Below the pieces are notes generated by a model. It saw only the letters and a program-made list of their open reading frames with translations. It searched no databases and had not been told where the DNA came from. A stretch of DNA of 64,000 nucleotides from Aliarcobacter sp. (lineage in GTDB: Bacteria; Campylobacterota; Campylobacteria; Campylobacterales; Arcobacteraceae): contig JBDHWU010000011.1 in NCBI GenBank assembly GCA_039810345.1, positions 10,571-74,570 of the forward strand, read 5' to 3'. This document shows positions 17,701-27,726 of this stretch, in pieces; the stretch's first letter is position 1, and the number at the start of each line of letters is the position of its first letter. The position numbers and the translations under genes are program-made.

Positions 17701-18717
17701 TTAATACTCTTTTTTTACAGTTTTACTATATAAAAGGTAACTTACTATAAACCAAATAAAAGGAATAATATATAAAGAGTGTAAAAGAAGCCTATCTCCA
17801 ATATATTTTATTACTACATAATATATAACAACTGCCAAAATAGAGTAAATAACAGTTCTATTTTTTTCATATCTTGGATTAAAATAACCAAAAGAAGCAA
17901 CCAACAATAAAGATATTAATGGAAAAATTGAAGTTAATATGAAAAATACAAACGAATCATTATCAAGGTTATGTTTTAAACTAATAATCCAATAATTAAG
18001 ACTTGTAGTAAATGTAAATAATGAATTATTTTCAACTATTTCATTTATATACATTGTTTCATAATTCACCTGATTTAGTTGATTGTTACTAATATCAAAT
18101 ATCATTCCATCTTCTAATTTAAATGTTAAATATCCTTTTGCATTATCTAAAATGGCTTTATTGCTTATAATTAACTGTTCCTTTTCATTTTCATTTTTAA
18201 AAAGTTTGACATTTTTATATATATTATCTTCTTTTTTATCAATGTATATTAACCAATCACCAAATTTTTGACCAAATTCGCTCTCTTTGATATTGAAATT
18301 TGCCTCATTTTTTTTATAGTCTATAAACTCATTCATTAAATATTTCGTTTTAGGAATTAGTCCTAAAGTTACAATCAGTAAAGTTACAGAAGTTAATAAA
18401 GTAATAGGAAATAATAATTTGAGTATATTAATTGGACTAACCCCAAAAGCTGTTATAACTGCCATTTCATATTCACTTGATAACTTAGAAATACTAATTG
18501 ACATTGATAAAAAATATGAAATGGGTAAAGTAAATAATATAATTTGTGGTACCGTATAAGCATATAGTTTAAATAATTCTATAAAATCCATTTTTATAAT
18601 AGATGTTAAAGATACAATTTTTACCAAAAATACAACGCTTGTTATGAAAAAAAGACCTAAAAATATAGGAAAAAAACTAATAGCTAATTGTGAATGTAAA
18701 TAGTTGTTTAATCTCAA
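17701..18717 (-). CDS. LptF/LptG-family (YjgP/YjgQ) LPS export permease
   Basis: 338 aa, with an N-terminal 3-TM block, a periplasmic beta-jellyroll-like middle and a C-terminal 3-TM block typical of the family. Confidence 0.7.
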   Translation of the reverse strand: MRLNNYLHSQLAISFFPIFLGLFFITSVVFLVKIVSLTSIIKMDFIELFKLYAYTVPQIILFTLPISYFLSMSISISKLSSEYEMAVITAFGVSPINILKLLFPITLLTSVTLLIVTLGLIPKTKYLMNEFIDYKKNEANFNIKESEFGQKFGDWLIYIDKKEDNIYKNVKLFKNENEKEQLIISNKAILDNAKGYLTFKLEDGMIFDISNNQLNQVNYETMYINEIVENNSLFTFTTSLNYWIISLKHNLDNDSFVFFILTSIFPLISLLLVASFGYFNPRYEKNRTVIYSILAVVIYYVVIKYIGDRLLLHSLYIIPFIWFIVSYLLYSKTVKKEY

Positions 18718-19253
18718 TAAAAATCCTTCAAAATATTTGATAAATTAAAAAAATACTCAATAAAAAAACCTATAACCAAAGATGGTATAAAAGGCACTTG
18801 TTTTTCATTTTTTGTAAATCTTAAATATAGTTCATGTATTATAGCTATAACTGCACTTAGAAATATTGCAAAAACTGCTTCATTTAAACCCAAAATTATA
18901 CCAAATATAGCAATTACTGGAATATCTCCCTCACCCAAAGCTGTTTGAGTTTTTAAACTCTCATTTTTTAAAATTCTAGCTTTTATATTTTGTATATAAA
19001 AAGTTACAATAAAGTTTAATAAAACCAAAGCACCAGCACATAAAAAAGCATTTTTTAGACTATCAAAAAACTCATATTTTGTAACAAAAAAAGATAAAAC
19101 AAAAGCAAAAAGAAGTAAATAATCAGGTACTGCTTTATATTTTAAATCATAAACTGCCAAGGTAACCAGATTTATAGAAAATACTATAAAAACTAATGTT
19201 TCAAATATATTAAACTGCTCCAAATCTTCTTTGCCTTTTTTTAAAATCTTCAA
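18714..19253 (-). CDS. A24-family prepilin peptidase-like membrane protein
   Basis: 179 aa, polytopic, with YDLKYKAVPDYL and ALGEGDIPV, the two Asp motifs of A24 peptidases. The longest ORF overlaps uppS by 44 nt, so the true start is uncertain. Confidence 0.55.
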   Translation of the reverse strand: MKILKKGKEDLEQFNIFETLVFIVFSINLVTLAVYDLKYKAVPDYLLLFAFVLSFFVTKYEFFDSLKNAFLCAGALVLLNFIVTFYIQNIKARILKNESLKTQTALGEGDIPVIAIFGIILGLNEAVFAIFLSAVIAIIHELYLRFTKNEKQVPFIPSLVIGFFIEYFFNLSNILKDFY

Positions 19254-19896
19254 TTATATCTTCAAGCTCTAAACTTGTAAAATCTGGCCAAAGAGTTGTT
19301 GTAAAAAACATCTCAGCATAAGCATTTTGCCAAAGCAAATAGTTTGAAAGCCTTATTTCTCCGCTTGTTCGTATTAAAATATCAACAGCAGGAATTCCAG
19401 CTGTATCCAAACAAGCTTCAAAATTCTCTTCATTTATTTCTAAATTTTTATCATTTAGTTTTTTTATAGCTCGTAAAATCTCATCTTTTGAACCATAATT
19501 TAGTGCTAAAATTTGAGTTAAATTTTGATTATTTCTTGTTTTTTCTTCACAAATATTTATAATATTTTGTAAAGATTTTGAAAAACGACTCAAATCTCCA
19601 ATAGCTTTAAATCTAATATTATGCTTCATAAAAGTTTCAAGTTCATTTTTTAGATATTTTTCTAAAAGCCTCATTAAATACTCAATTTCAAGTTTTGGTC
19701 TATTCCAATTTTCAGTAGAAAAAGCATATAAAGTAAGATATTTTACATCTATTTTTGCACAATATTCAGAAATTCTTCTTACAACCTTTGCACCCTCTTC
19801 ATGCCCTGCTGTTCTTTTTAGTCCCCTATTTTCTGCCCATCTTCCATTTCCATCCATAATAATGGCTATGTGAGTAGGGTAATTATTTGAAATCAT
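19210..19896 (-). CDS. uppS: di-trans,poly-cis-decaprenylcistransferase (undecaprenyl diphosphate synthase)
   Basis: HIAIIMDGNGRWA, LTLYAFSTENWNRP, IRTSGEIRLSN. Confidence 0.95.
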   Translation of the reverse strand: MISNNYPTHIAIIMDGNGRWAENRGLKRTAGHEEGAKVVRRISEYCAKIDVKYLTLYAFSTENWNRPKLEIEYLMRLLEKYLKNELETFMKHNIRFKAIGDLSRFSKSLQNIINICEEKTRNNQNLTQILALNYGSKDEILRAIKKLNDKNLEINEENFEACLDTAGIPAVDILIRTSGEIRLSNYLLWQNAYAEMFFTTTLWPDFTSLELEDIIEDFKKRQRRFGAV

Positions 19897-21104
19897 ATAT
19901 TTTTACTTTCAATAAAATCTAAAAGCTCTAAAGATAGTTCAAACTTATCTGCACTAAAAGATTGTGTAAACTCTTTTGAGATTAATTCTATTTTATTTGT
20001 AGAACTTCCAAAACTATTTGAATCTTCAAGAATATTTAAACAAACCATATCAAGCTCTTTTTTTTCTAGCATATTTGTAGCATTTTTAAGTGCATTTTCC
20101 TTATTTAGCTCCGCTTTAAAACCAACACTTATAAAATCTTTTTTATCTAATGATTTTAAAATATCAATATTTTGAACCATTTCAAGATTAAAGCTATCTC
20201 CCAAACTCTCTTTTTTTAGTTTTCCAACAAAATGGTTTTTTGGAAGATAATCACTTACAGCTGCTGCTTTAAACAAATATGGTTTTTTATCTTTTTTAGC
20301 ATTTTTCATAAAATTTTGCAAAGCTTCAAACATCTGTTTTGAAGAGTTTACAACTTTTAGTTCTATATTTTTTGCTATATTTTCATATCCTCTAGTGCTA
20401 ACAAGTTTTACATTTGCACCTTTAAAATATAGTGCCTGTGCTAAAGAAGAGGCCATTTTTCCACTTGAAAAATTTGAGATATATCGCACTTCATCAATTT
20501 TTTCAATAGTTCCACCACCACTAATTACTACATCTCTATTTTCCCAATATGAAGTTTTTAAAAGCTCTCTTGCACACATATCAAAAATATCTTTTGGTTC
20601 AGCCATTGCACCATTTCCAATATCTTTGCAAACAAGCTCTTTTGTTTGAGTAGGTACAATTTTATAGCCTAAATCTTCAAGTTTTTGAAGATTTTGCATA
20701 GTTATTTTATTTTCTATCATATTTGTATTTGCTGCTGGTGATATAATAATTTGTTTTTTAAAAGCCAAAACAGTTTGAAGAAGTAAATTATCAGCGATTC
20801 CTACAGCAATTTTATTTAAACTATTTGCACTAAGAGGTGCTAAGATAAAAACATCAGCCCATTTTCCAATATCTATATGGTTATAATCTTGACTTTTATC
20901 CCAGTTTTCACTATTTTCATCTAAGATTTTATTTTGTGAAATAGCTTCAAAAGTAATTGGATTTATAAATTTTTTAGAACTTTCACTCATTATTACTCTT
21001 ACATTTGCACCAGCTTTTATAAAAAGTCTTATAAGCTCCAAAGATTTATAAATAGCAATAGATCCAGTTACTCCTAGAAGAATATTTTTATCTTTTAAAA
21101 TCAT
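19893..21104 (-). CDS. coaBC: bifunctional phosphopantothenoylcysteine decarboxylase / phosphopantothenate-cysteine ligase
   Basis: 403 aa. N-terminal flavoprotein domain (LLGVTGSIAIYK) plus a C-terminal CoaB domain (ISNFSSGKM). Confidence 0.95.
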   Translation of the reverse strand: MILKDKNILLGVTGSIAIYKSLELIRLFIKAGANVRVIMSESSKKFINPITFEAISQNKILDENSENWDKSQDYNHIDIGKWADVFILAPLSANSLNKIAVGIADNLLLQTVLAFKKQIIISPAANTNMIENKITMQNLQKLEDLGYKIVPTQTKELVCKDIGNGAMAEPKDIFDMCARELLKTSYWENRDVVISGGGTIEKIDEVRYISNFSSGKMASSLAQALYFKGANVKLVSTRGYENIAKNIELKVVNSSKQMFEALQNFMKNAKKDKKPYLFKAAAVSDYLPKNHFVGKLKKESLGDSFNLEMVQNIDILKSLDKKDFISVGFKAELNKENALKNATNMLEKKELDMVCLNILEDSNSFGSSTNKIELISKEFTQSFSADKFELSLELLDFIESKNI

Positions 21105-22429
21105 TATTGTTTACTTTTGTTTTGCTTTTTTATTTTCTCTGCATTTTCAAAGTGTTTGTAAAAATAGCCATCTATTACTCTTTTTTCAGCTCTATTTACA
21201 AAAAGTTGCCCTTTTTTAACATCACTTGTAACACAGCTTCCAGCACCAATTAGAACATCATCTTCAATAGTTACAGGTGCAACAAATTGTGTATCACTTC
21301 CTACAAAAACATTTTTTCCAATTATTGTTTGGTATTTATTTACTCCGTCATAGTTGCAAGTAATTGTTCCACAACCAATGTTTGTGCCACTATCTATTGT
21401 ACAATCTCCCAAATAGCTTAAATGCCCAGCCTTAACACCTGTTAATATAGCTTTTTTAGTTTCCACAAAATTTCCTATATGAGTATCTATTATCTTGCTA
21501 TCAGGTCTTATTCTTGCCATGGGTCCTATATCACTATTTTCTATTATTGAGTTTTCAATCATAGAGTTTGTTTTTATATGAGAATTTATAATTTTTGTAT
21601 TTCCAAGCAAACTTACACCATTTTCAATAATGCTTTCACCTTCTATTTCAACTCCCTCTTCAATATAAATTGTATCAGGAAGTCTCATAATAACCCCAGC
21701 TTTTAAAAACTCTTTTTTAATTCTATTTTGGTGTATCACTTCAGCATCAGCTAACTCAACTTTAGAGTTTACTCCTTTGAAGTTCTCTTCACTTACATAA
21801 ATTGGTTTTAAAACTTCACCACTATTTATTGCCATCTCTACTAAATCTGTGATGTAATACTCTTTTTGTGCATTATTGTTGTTTAATTTTGGTAAGTTTT
21901 CAAGTAAAAATTTTGTATCAAACTGATAAATTCCTGCATTTGCTGTTGTGATTTTCAACTCTTCAAGAGTTGCATCTTTTTGTTCAACTATTTTTTTAAC
22001 TTTTTCATTTTCAATTATCACTCTTCCATATCCATCTGCACTTTTTAGCTTTAAAACAGACATTACAATACAAGCATCTATATCAAATTTTTCAAGCTCT
22101 TCTGCTTCAATTAAAGGCATATCCCCATTTAAAACTAAAACTTTAGAGTATTTCGGAACTATATTCATAACAGCTCCACCAGTTCCAGGGTAGTTTTCGT
22201 GGTCTTGTATTACAAAATTTATATTTGAAAAATATTTCTCTATTTCAGCTTTTACCTTTTCAAATTGGTGATATAAAACAACCGTAATATCATCACTTAA
22301 TTTTAATGCCTCTTTTATTGAGTAATAAAGCATTGGTTTTCCAGAGATTTTGTGTAAAACCTTTGGTAAAGTTGATTTCATTCTAGTTCCTTGTCCAGCT
22401 GCAAGGATTATTACAGATTTTTTATTCAA
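21104..22429 (-). CDS. glmU: bifunctional UDP-N-acetylglucosamine pyrophosphorylase / GlcN-1-P acetyltransferase
   Basis: [12 protein letters not shown] with LPKVLH, followed by a C-terminal left-handed beta-helix of hexapeptide repeats. Confidence 0.95.
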   Translation of the reverse strand: MNKKSVIILAAGQGTRMKSTLPKVLHKISGKPMLYYSIKEALKLSDDITVVLYHQFEKVKAEIEKYFSNINFVIQDHENYPGTGGAVMNIVPKYSKVLVLNGDMPLIEAEELEKFDIDACIVMSVLKLKSADGYGRVIIENEKVKKIVEQKDATLEELKITTANAGIYQFDTKFLLENLPKLNNNNAQKEYYITDLVEMAINSGEVLKPIYVSEENFKGVNSKVELADAEVIHQNRIKKEFLKAGVIMRLPDTIYIEEGVEIEGESIIENGVSLLGNTKIINSHIKTNSMIENSIIENSDIGPMARIRPDSKIIDTHIGNFVETKKAILTGVKAGHLSYLGDCTIDSGTNIGCGTITCNYDGVNKYQTIIGKNVFVGSDTQFVAPVTIEDDVLIGAGSCVTSDVKKGQLFVNRAEKRVIDGYFYKHFENAEKIKKQNKSKQ

Positions 22430-22453
22430 ATTTATTTCCTTATTTTTAGTTTT

Positions 22454-24394
22454 TTAGTTTTGAGCCAAAGCTTCATTTACTTCTTTTTTTAGATTTTCAA
22501 CAACAGATTCTAATGTGCTTTTTACATACCCATCTGCACTATTTTCTAAAACCATTTTGTCCAAATTTCTCTCTCTATCTTTGAAAAATTGAGCAACTTT
22601 TTTATTTTTTACATTTTTATTATACATTAAAACTCCAGCTGCAACCAAAGTCATAATAAGCTTTGCATGTCCAAAAATAGCGGCATAATTTAAAATAGTA
22701 AATCCACTATTATCAGGTTGGTTAATATCAGCACCAGCAGCAATTAGCCACCTTGCAATTTGGAAATTTCCTTTCCATTGAGTATGATGAAGTGCTGTTC
22801 TTCCGTGCATATCTTTTAAACTAAGATTTGCTTTTTTTGTAAGAAGTTTTTCAACTACAGTTATATCATTTGCAATTACTGCTTTATGAATTACTGTTCT
22901 TCCTTCAATATCTTGAGCATCAACACTAACACGATATTTTAGGAAATTTACCAGTCTTTCTAAAAAACTATCTTTTTCCTTTTTTTCTCTAATATTTAAA
23001 CCATCTTCTACCATAAAAGCCAAAGGTGTTCTTCCTTGCTTATCTTGAGAATTTAAATTTATTCCATAATTTGCAATAATTTTTAGAGTTTCAAAATCAT
23101 TGTATAAAACTAAATCAAATAAAACATTTGTTCCATCAAGCCTTAGAATATTTATATTTGGTTTACAAGTAAGAACTTTTTTTAGTAAAATGTCGTATTT
23201 TTCGCCCTCTTTATAAATAAGAGCCATTTGTGGTGTTAATTTTTTTAAATTCTTTGTAACAGCAATTAGCTCAACAATAATATCAACAACACTTTTTTCA
23301 TCAATATCTTTTATATCAATATTTGCGCCTCTTGCCATTAAAAAATCTATCATTTTATAGTTTGAGTAGCCTTTTAAAATCTCATTAAATATAATATTTC
23401 GATTGTTTTCATCTGTAATATTTATATTTGCTCCACATTTTATTAAAAAATCAGCATTCGTAAAGTTTTTATTTTCTATCTCTTTTTGTAGTGTTGTTTT
23501 TCCATTATCATCGACTGTATCAATTTGTAAACCATTTTCGATAAACAATAAAGCTAATGTTAAATAATCTCTTTTAGAAGAAATAAACTTATATCTTCCT
23601 TCAAGATTTTTTGCTTCATTTGCCTGTAAATCAACTATATATAGAAGCTCATCGATAATATTTCTACTTTTATTATCAATAATATTCATATTTATATTTT
23701 TCTTAATCAAAGCTTCAATAACAGGAATATTTAACTCTCCTTGAATAATTGCATTAAAAAGTACATTTTCACCATTTTTATCAAGAAAATTTACATTTAT
23801 ACCGTGATTTATTAAAGTTAGTGCTATATTTGGGTCATCTTTTAAAACCGCATAAAAAAGGGCTGTTTGATAGTTATTATCTAGTGAATTTATCTCTTCT
23901 ACATTATTTACAACATCTCTTAAAATATTTAGGTTTTTACCTTCAACGGCATGAAAAAGTACAGTTTTCCCATCACTATCTTTTATATTAAAATCTGGTT
24001 TGTAAGTCATTAGAACTTGAAAAATCTTCTCATTTGATAAAATAGCAGTGCTTTGTAAAATAGTTCTTCCAATAGAATTTTTGGCATTTATATCATAACC
24101 ATTTTCTAGTAAAAATCGCACCATTGCACCATCAGATTTTTCACAAGCTTCATCTAGTGGAGTTTTTTTAAATTTATTCTCTAAATATATATCAACACCA
24201 CTATTTAAAAGTAATTTTATAGCATCATATTTTTTAGCAGATACAAGTAAAAATAGTAAACTATTGCCATTTTCATCTTGTTTGTTTATATCAATACCTT
24301 TTTTAATCGCTTTTTCTAATTTTGAACTATCAAATTTATCAGAAAAAAGTTCTTTATAAAAAGCCTCTTCATCAACCTTAAAAAAACTAAACAC
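22454..24394 (-). CDS. ankyrin-repeat protein (about 15 or more ANK repeats, no other domain)
   Basis: 646 aa with a GTG start. Reiterated ANK consensus, e.g. GRTALHHTQWKGNFQIARWLIAAGADINQPDNSGFTILNYAAIFGH. No signal peptide. Confidence 0.85.
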   Translation of the reverse strand: MFSFFKVDEEAFYKELFSDKFDSSKLEKAIKKGIDINKQDENGNSLLFLLVSAKKYDAIKLLLNSGVDIYLENKFKKTPLDEACEKSDGAMVRFLLENGYDINAKNSIGRTILQSTAILSNEKIFQVLMTYKPDFNIKDSDGKTVLFHAVEGKNLNILRDVVNNVEEINSLDNNYQTALFYAVLKDDPNIALTLINHGINVNFLDKNGENVLFNAIIQGELNIPVIEALIKKNINMNIIDNKSRNIIDELLYIVDLQANEAKNLEGRYKFISSKRDYLTLALLFIENGLQIDTVDDNGKTTLQKEIENKNFTNADFLIKCGANINITDENNRNIIFNEILKGYSNYKMIDFLMARGANIDIKDIDEKSVVDIIVELIAVTKNLKKLTPQMALIYKEGEKYDILLKKVLTCKPNINILRLDGTNVLFDLVLYNDFETLKIIANYGINLNSQDKQGRTPLAFMVEDGLNIREKKEKDSFLERLVNFLKYRVSVDAQDIEGRTVIHKAVIANDITVVEKLLTKKANLSLKDMHGRTALHHTQWKGNFQIARWLIAAGADINQPDNSGFTILNYAAIFGHAKLIMTLVAAGVLMYNKNVKNKKVAQFFKDRERNLDKMVLENSADGYVKSTLESVVENLKKEVNEALAQN

Positions 24395-24438
24395 AAAAAC
24401 CCTTTTTGTAAAATGTTAATATTTTATCCAAATTTGAA

Positions 24439-26019
24439 TTAAAAACTTTTTCTAGCTCTTTTTCTAAACTCTTTTGGTTTATCTTGTTTTTTATAAAAAG
24501 TTTTTGGCTTAGCCTTATCTTTTTCATATCTTCTTTCAAAATCTCTATCATCAATTAAATTTAATTTTAATGATTTTTCTATAAATGCATTAAATGAGTT
24601 TCTTAAAATAAAGGCTTTGTCGTGGTCTGGAAAAAGTTCTGGTAATTTATATGAAAGCCAAAGATATAGTGAGATTTTTTTAACCTCATCTTCAACTAAA
24701 AGCAAATCTCTTTGAGTTATAGCTTTTTTTGGCAAAGTAATAGATGGTTTATAGTGATTTACTCTTTTTTTAATAATACTTGCAATGTATGAATCATAAG
24801 CTTGTACAATAATAGTCGATTTTGTAGTAATTGGTGCTTGAGCTAGAAGATATTTCTCTTCTAAAGTTAGCATCTCTCTTCTATCAACTATTCTTGAAGC
24901 TTCGAGCATAGAAGATAAATTTGCAGCTTCAAATGGCCCAGAAAACTTCATATTTTGTGCAAAAAAGTTTAAAACCTTTGTTAAAGATTTTGTTTTTAAG
25001 TGCATTGAAAGACTCTCTAGTTGATTGTTGTTTATTTTTACTTTAAATGGTGGTTTTATAGTCTTTATTGGAGCTTGAAACTCTTGTTTTATATACTCTA
25101 AAACATCTCTTCTTGTGCTTCCTAAATATCCTGCTTCAAAAAGTCCAAATCTTCCAGCCCTTCCAGCTATTTGAACTATTTCATTTACAGATATTTTTCT
25201 TTTACTAATACCGTCAAATTTTGTATCTGTTGTAAATAAAATTGTTTTTATAGGAAGATTTAATCCCATACTTATGGCGTCTGTTGCTATTAAAATTTGG
25301 CTTTGTTTTTCTCTAAATCTTCTTGCTTCATCTCTTCGCACTTCTGGAGATAGATTTCCATAAATTACCGATACACTATATTTTTTTTGAAGTTTTTGTT
25401 TTAGTTTTAATACTTCTGCTCTTGAAAAAGCAATTAAAGCTGTTCCATTTTCAAGATTTTCCAAACTTGTATATTTTTCAAGAACCAAAAGTGGGTTTTT
25501 TCTTTTATGTTTAATTACTTCTAACTCTTCACCTAAATATTGAACTATTTTTTTTACAGCTTCAAGTGCATTTACACTTCCTGTCATAATAACTTTTTTA
25601 GCTGGAACTCCAATAATTGCATTTACCCAAGCCCAACCTCTATCAATATCTTCAAGCATTTGAACTTCATCAATAACTGCAACATCAACTTCTAAATCAA
25701 AATCAAGCATCTCAATAGTTGAACAAATATGAGCTGCATCTTCATTTAAATGTTGCTCTTCGCCTGTTATTAAAGATGCTTCAATTTTAGCCTCTTTTAA
25801 ATCTTCATAACCCTCAAGTGCCAAAAGTCTTAAAGGTGCAAGATATAGCCCACTATTTGCCTCTTTTAACACTTTCATAGCATTATATGTTTTACCACTA
25901 TTTGTAGGTCCCACATAAAACTCTAGTTTTCTTTTTAAACTTCTTGCTATTGGGTAAAGTGTTTTTAAATCACAATTTAATAAATCTTTTAAATCTTCTT
26001 GCCAGTTGTTTTGTTTCAT
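24439..26019 (-). CDS. SUV3-like superfamily-2 ATP-dependent (RNA) helicase
   Basis: GPTNSGKT (motif I), DEVQ (II), ATDAISMGLNLP, QIAGRAGR (VI), and a C-terminal SUV3_C-like tail with a basic end. Confidence 0.8.
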   Translation of the reverse strand: MKQNNWQEDLKDLLNCDLKTLYPIARSLKRKLEFYVGPTNSGKTYNAMKVLKEANSGLYLAPLRLLALEGYEDLKEAKIEASLITGEEQHLNEDAAHICSTIEMLDFDLEVDVAVIDEVQMLEDIDRGWAWVNAIIGVPAKKVIMTGSVNALEAVKKIVQYLGEELEVIKHKRKNPLLVLEKYTSLENLENGTALIAFSRAEVLKLKQKLQKKYSVSVIYGNLSPEVRRDEARRFREKQSQILIATDAISMGLNLPIKTILFTTDTKFDGISKRKISVNEIVQIAGRAGRFGLFEAGYLGSTRRDVLEYIKQEFQAPIKTIKPPFKVKINNNQLESLSMHLKTKSLTKVLNFFAQNMKFSGPFEAANLSSMLEASRIVDRREMLTLEEKYLLAQAPITTKSTIIVQAYDSYIASIIKKRVNHYKPSITLPKKAITQRDLLLVEDEVKKISLYLWLSYKLPELFPDHDKAFILRNSFNAFIEKSLKLNLIDDRDFERRYEKDKAKPKTFYKKQDKPKEFRKRARKSF

Positions 26020-26309
26020 AAGTACCTTTGTATATCTAAAGAGCCGTGAAATACTCCTAAAATATCTATATTTTTATCATCTTTTATAAAATATGCAATT
26101 CTATAATGCCCATAAAGTAATATTCTTATATCTTCTTCACTATTTTCAAAATATTTATAACCAATATTTGGAAATGTTTTTAAAATTTGCACTTTCTCAT
26201 AAATTTCACTAATTACTTTTTGAGCCATTTTTTTATTATCTTCTGCTATATAATCAAAAATTTCTTTCAACCAAAATTGTGATTCATTAGTCCAGTTTAT
26301 ATTTACCAC
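26016..26309 (-). CDS. parE: ParE/RelE-family type II toxin
   Basis: 97 aa with a GTG start. Family-typical IAEDNKKMAQKVISEIYEKVQILKTFPNIG...GHYRIAYFIKDDKNIDILGVFHGSLD. The stop overlaps the helicase ATG (ATGA). Confidence 0.8.
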   Translation of the reverse strand: MVNINWTNESQFWLKEIFDYIAEDNKKMAQKVISEIYEKVQILKTFPNIGYKYFENSEEDIRILLYGHYRIAYFIKDDKNIDILGVFHGSLDIQRYL

Positions 26310-26482
26310 GATTTAATTCTTTTTTTCATCTCTTCATTTGTAATAATTTTTCCATTTTTAGAATCTTTTAAACCTCTTTCAACTATTTTAAAAAAAGCCA
26401 ATTCTTTTAAGATCTCATCATACGAACTATCTTCTGGTAATCTATCTAAAATTTTTTTAATCTGTGTTTTTGGTGCTGTCAT
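26303..26482 (-). CDS. putative antitoxin partner of the ParE-like toxin (59 aa, absent from the ORF track)
   Basis: Hand translation: MTAPKTQIKKILDRLPEDSSYDEILKELAFFKIVERGLKDSKNGKIITNEEMKKRIKSW. RBS is GGAGAATAAATAT-ATG. Its stop overlaps the toxin GTG (GTGGTAA). The LPED...EIL...GL.D...G..I..EE.KKRI..W pattern is common in ParE/RelE-associated antitoxins. Confidence 0.65.
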   Translation of the reverse strand: MTAPKTQIKKILDRLPEDSSYDEILKELAFFKIVERGLKDSKNGKIITNEEMKKRIKSW

Positions 26483-26586
26483 ATTTATTCTCCAAACTCG
26501 ATTTTTACATTAAAATTACTAGATTATATCCAAAAAAAGCAAAGTTTCTATATAATAAATTTTTAAATAAAAAGGATAATTTTTTA

Positions 26587-27711
26587 ATGACATGCGAATA
26601 TTTTGGAACTTGTGCTTCCTGTACACTATATGATAAAACTTACGATGAACAACTAAACTATAAGGTAGAAAGAGAGAAGAATAGATTTTCAAATTTTACA
26701 AATATAGATTTTGACATCATAAGAAGTGAACCAAAGAACTTTAGAAACAGGGCTGAATTTAGAATTTGGTGGGAAAAAGATGAAAAAGGCGAAAAAGATG
26801 TTTTATCTTATGCTATGAATGATATAAAAAAAGATATTTTAGAAATAGACTCTTGCTCTATTGTAAGCCCTGATATTGCGAACCTTATGCCAAAAATTTT
26901 AAATGAGTTACAAAGCTCTATGATTTTATCTTTTAGACTTTTTGCTATTGAGTTTTTAGTAAGTTCTACATCTGATATGCTTGTAACTTTGATTTATCAT
27001 AAAAAACTAGAAAATGAGTGGATTGAGTTGGCAAAAAATCTTGAAACTAAACTAAATATAAAAATAATTGGAAGAAGCAGAAAACAAAAAATTGTTTTAA
27101 GTAGTGATTATATAAATGAGACTTTAAATATTGATAATCAAAAATTCCATTTTGCATATGAAGAAAATGGCTTCACTCAACCAAACACAGCTGTAAATAT
27201 AAAGATGATTGAATGGGTTTTACAAAACAGTTCTAAACAAGATGCAGATTTATGTGAACTATATTGTGGTGGTGGAAATTTCACAATTGCTTTAAGTAAA
27301 AAATTTAACAAGGTTTTAGCAACTGAAATTTCAAAAACATCTATAAAATCGGCTCTGCGAAATTGTGAATTAAACAGTATAGAAAATATTGAATTTATAA
27401 GAATGAGTGCTGAAGATTTTGTACAAGCTTTAAATGAAGTAAGAGCTTTTAATAGATTAAAAAATATTGATCTGAAATCTTATAATTTTAGCACTATTTT
27501 TATGGATCCGCCAAGAAGTGGACTTGATGATACAACTAGAAATTTATCAAAAGATTTTGAAAATATTATTTATATCTCTTGTAATCCTGAAACTTTACAT
27601 AGAGATTTAGAAACTCTTACAAAGACTCACGAGATTGTAAAATTCGCCCTTTTTGATCAGTTTGCATATACAGAGCATATTGAGTGTGGAGTAATTCTAA
27701 CAAAGAAATAG
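26587..27711 (+). CDS. trmA: tRNA (uridine54-C5)-methyltransferase TrmA
   Basis: CELYCGGGNFT (SAM site), FMDPPRSGLD, ISCNPETL. I prefer the ATG at 26587 (MTCEYFGTCASC). The longest-ORF start at 26464 would overlap the divergent antitoxin gene. Confidence 0.85.
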   Translation: MTCEYFGTCASCTLYDKTYDEQLNYKVEREKNRFSNFTNIDFDIIRSEPKNFRNRAEFRIWWEKDEKGEKDVLSYAMNDIKKDILEIDSCSIVSPDIANLMPKILNELQSSMILSFRLFAIEFLVSSTSDMLVTLIYHKKLENEWIELAKNLETKLNIKIIGRSRKQKIVLSSDYINETLNIDNQKFHFAYEENGFTQPNTAVNIKMIEWVLQNSSKQDADLCELYCGGGNFTIALSKKFNKVLATEISKTSIKSALRNCELNSIENIEFIRMSAEDFVQALNEVRAFNRLKNIDLKSYNFSTIFMDPPRSGLDDTTRNLSKDFENIIYISCNPETLHRDLETLTKTHEIVKFALFDQFAYTEHIECGVILTKK

Positions 27712-27726
27712 ATTTATTTCTTTGTT
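27699..27726. terminator. bidirectional hairpin between convergent trmA and mnmG
   Basis: AACAAAGAAATA-GATT-TATTTCTTTGTT is a perfect 12-bp stem spanning both stop codons. Confidence 0.55.

Noticed and set aside
26464-26586. N-terminal 41-codon extension of trmA in the longest-ORF call
   Set aside because: The extension would overlap the divergent antitoxin gene start and its RBS. TrmA homology begins at MTCEYFGTCASC (ATG 26587).
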